Shown piece by piece: positions 62,717 through 64,000 of a stretch of 64,000 nucleotides of DNA; within the stretch, counting starts at the first letter, position 1; each line of letters begins with the position of its first letter. Source of the DNA: Eledone cirrhosa (taxonomy: Eukaryota); NCBI GenBank assembly GCA_964016885.1, contig OZ024752.1, positions 12,772,001 to 12,836,000 on the forward strand, in the 5' to 3' direction. The notes under the pieces were generated by a model. That model was not told the origin of the DNA and did not search any database. It worked only from the letters and a program-made list of their open reading frames with translations. The position numbers were made by a program, and so were the translations under genes.

Positions 62717-63337
62717 TAATAATGATTACTGATTCAGGCATTACATTTTGGCGGAAGGGAAAGTCAATTATGGAGGAAGGCAACCTCTCTAGGAGAACTC
62801 TCACTCTGAATAAAAATTAATGCAGGGTAGAGAAAAACCCTCCAATCCGATCAGACAACCTCCTTAGTGCAAGTGGCATGAAGTGAGCACCTAGTCCATG
62901 CTATGAAGTGGTGATAGGAAGAGCATTCAGTCAGAAAACCTCTGCCCGGAAGTATGAACAACACAACATATAAGATTCACACTAATTGCTTAATTGCATC
63001 TACAGGACTAATGTTAGTTATGTTAGTGTTATGCATGGTAGTGGGTGTGATGTAACCTAGCTATGTGCAAACCCCCTTCAACCATTATTAAGCAGTTGCA
63101 CACCTATATTCCCTTTCAGATACACAGATCTACTACTACAGAATAACTTTCAGATAACAAATCTTGCCAACTATAACCCCAGCGATGTCGACCAAGTATA
63201 AAAGAACCTCATAAAAAAATCTTAACTTTACCCCCACATTTTCTATTCTTATTATTATCCATCTAACCCATGCTAGCAAGGAAGATAGACGTTAAATGAT
63301 GATGTTGAGGATGATGATGATTTATTTATTATTTCAG

Positions 63338-63495
63338 GAGGATTATTGCAAGAAAAACTGCAGTTCTGGTTCTTGCACAAGAGTCCAAGAGAATGGGACA
63401 TGCCCATGCTTACCAACATTTTTCAACGAATGTGACAATAAACCCTGTTTAAATGGGTCAACATGTCTCCAAAGTGGGAACTCCTATCGTTGCTT
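63338..63495 (+). CDS. Exon 20: EGF-like repeats (gene continues beyond the window)
   Basis: tttcag|GAG...TGCTT|gtgagt; EDYCKKNC...FNECDNKPCLNGSTCLQSGNSYRC; phase 0-2. Confidence 0.88.
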
Positions 63496-64000
63496 GTGAG
63501 TTAAATGTCATTTCAATCTAAACAGAGAATCTATCATTGCTGTCATCATTATTAACTACCTCCATTATCAAACTGCTGCCATTCTTATTGTCATTAACAT
63601 CAATTCTAGATTATTGTTGTTGTTTAGTCTTACCATATCAATCCTGATTGATTAAAGACATTTCAACTGTCACCACCCAAGCTGTTTTTATAATTAGGAC
63701 TATGTTTTGAGCAAAATGCTCCCAGGAGTAAAACACAAGTCTTTGAATCTCTACTTTTAATCCCTTCACCTGTTTTGTGCCCTACATCATCATCATTATT
63801 GTTTAATGGCCATTAGAGGCATGTTGGATCAGGTGACTATGTCTTGCTCATATAGAATTGTTTCTGGTTGTGAGAGAAAATTAGTGGAACTTGTATCTTG
63901 TGATACTTATTCCAACTCTTTTTATTCTAATTTCTATCAAATACACATATATTATAATAATAAATTGTGGTGACACGGCAAAAAGTTCCCAGCCCTCACT

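Larger units (their letters stand above)
962..63495 (+). other. Internal part of a multi-exon SVEP1/Uninflatable-like gene (CCP x4 - HYR x2 - CCP - linker - GCC2/GCC3 x3 - EGF repeats); 20 exons in window
   Basis: All 20 exons have AG acceptors and GT donors, phases match at all 19 junctions, and there are no stops. Domain order matches the core shared by SVEP1 and Drosophila Uninflatable. Orthology cannot be assigned here. Confidence 0.88.

Noticed and set aside
962-63495. Assigning the symbol SVEP1 or uif
   Set aside because: The diagnostic terminal domains lie outside the window, so orthology cannot be established.

Overview
Eukaryotic, AT-rich, repeat-dense genomic DNA. The SINE/MITE repertoire looks octopod-cephalopod-like, but that is an inference. 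The whole window lies inside one large + strand gene. Twenty GT-AG exons (962-63495, about 3.5 kb spliced, about 1175 codons) join into one stop-free frame with matching intron phases. They encode 4 CCP/sushi (one degenerate), 2 HYR, 1 CCP, a linker, 3 GCC2/GCC3 (ephrin-receptor-like Cys-rich) repeats and a run of EGF repeats. This is the core of an SVEP1/Uninflatable-like extracellular protein whose start and end lie outside the window. The introns hold an apparently full-length Tx1-clade LINE with both ORFs open, a 3'-truncated RTE LINE, fragments of R4/Dong-like, CRE-like, CR1-like and mariner elements, about 30 tRNA-derived SINE copies, TTAA/hAT/pogo-type MITEs, about 10 minisatellite arrays, several long hairpins and a 200-N gap. 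The most notable points are: a LINE nested in the tandem repeats of a TTAA-MITE; minisatellites that each derive from a piece of a different TE, or from a real splice acceptor; an (ATT)n insertion hotspot; long intronic fold-backs; and loss of both cysteines of one CCP disulfide.
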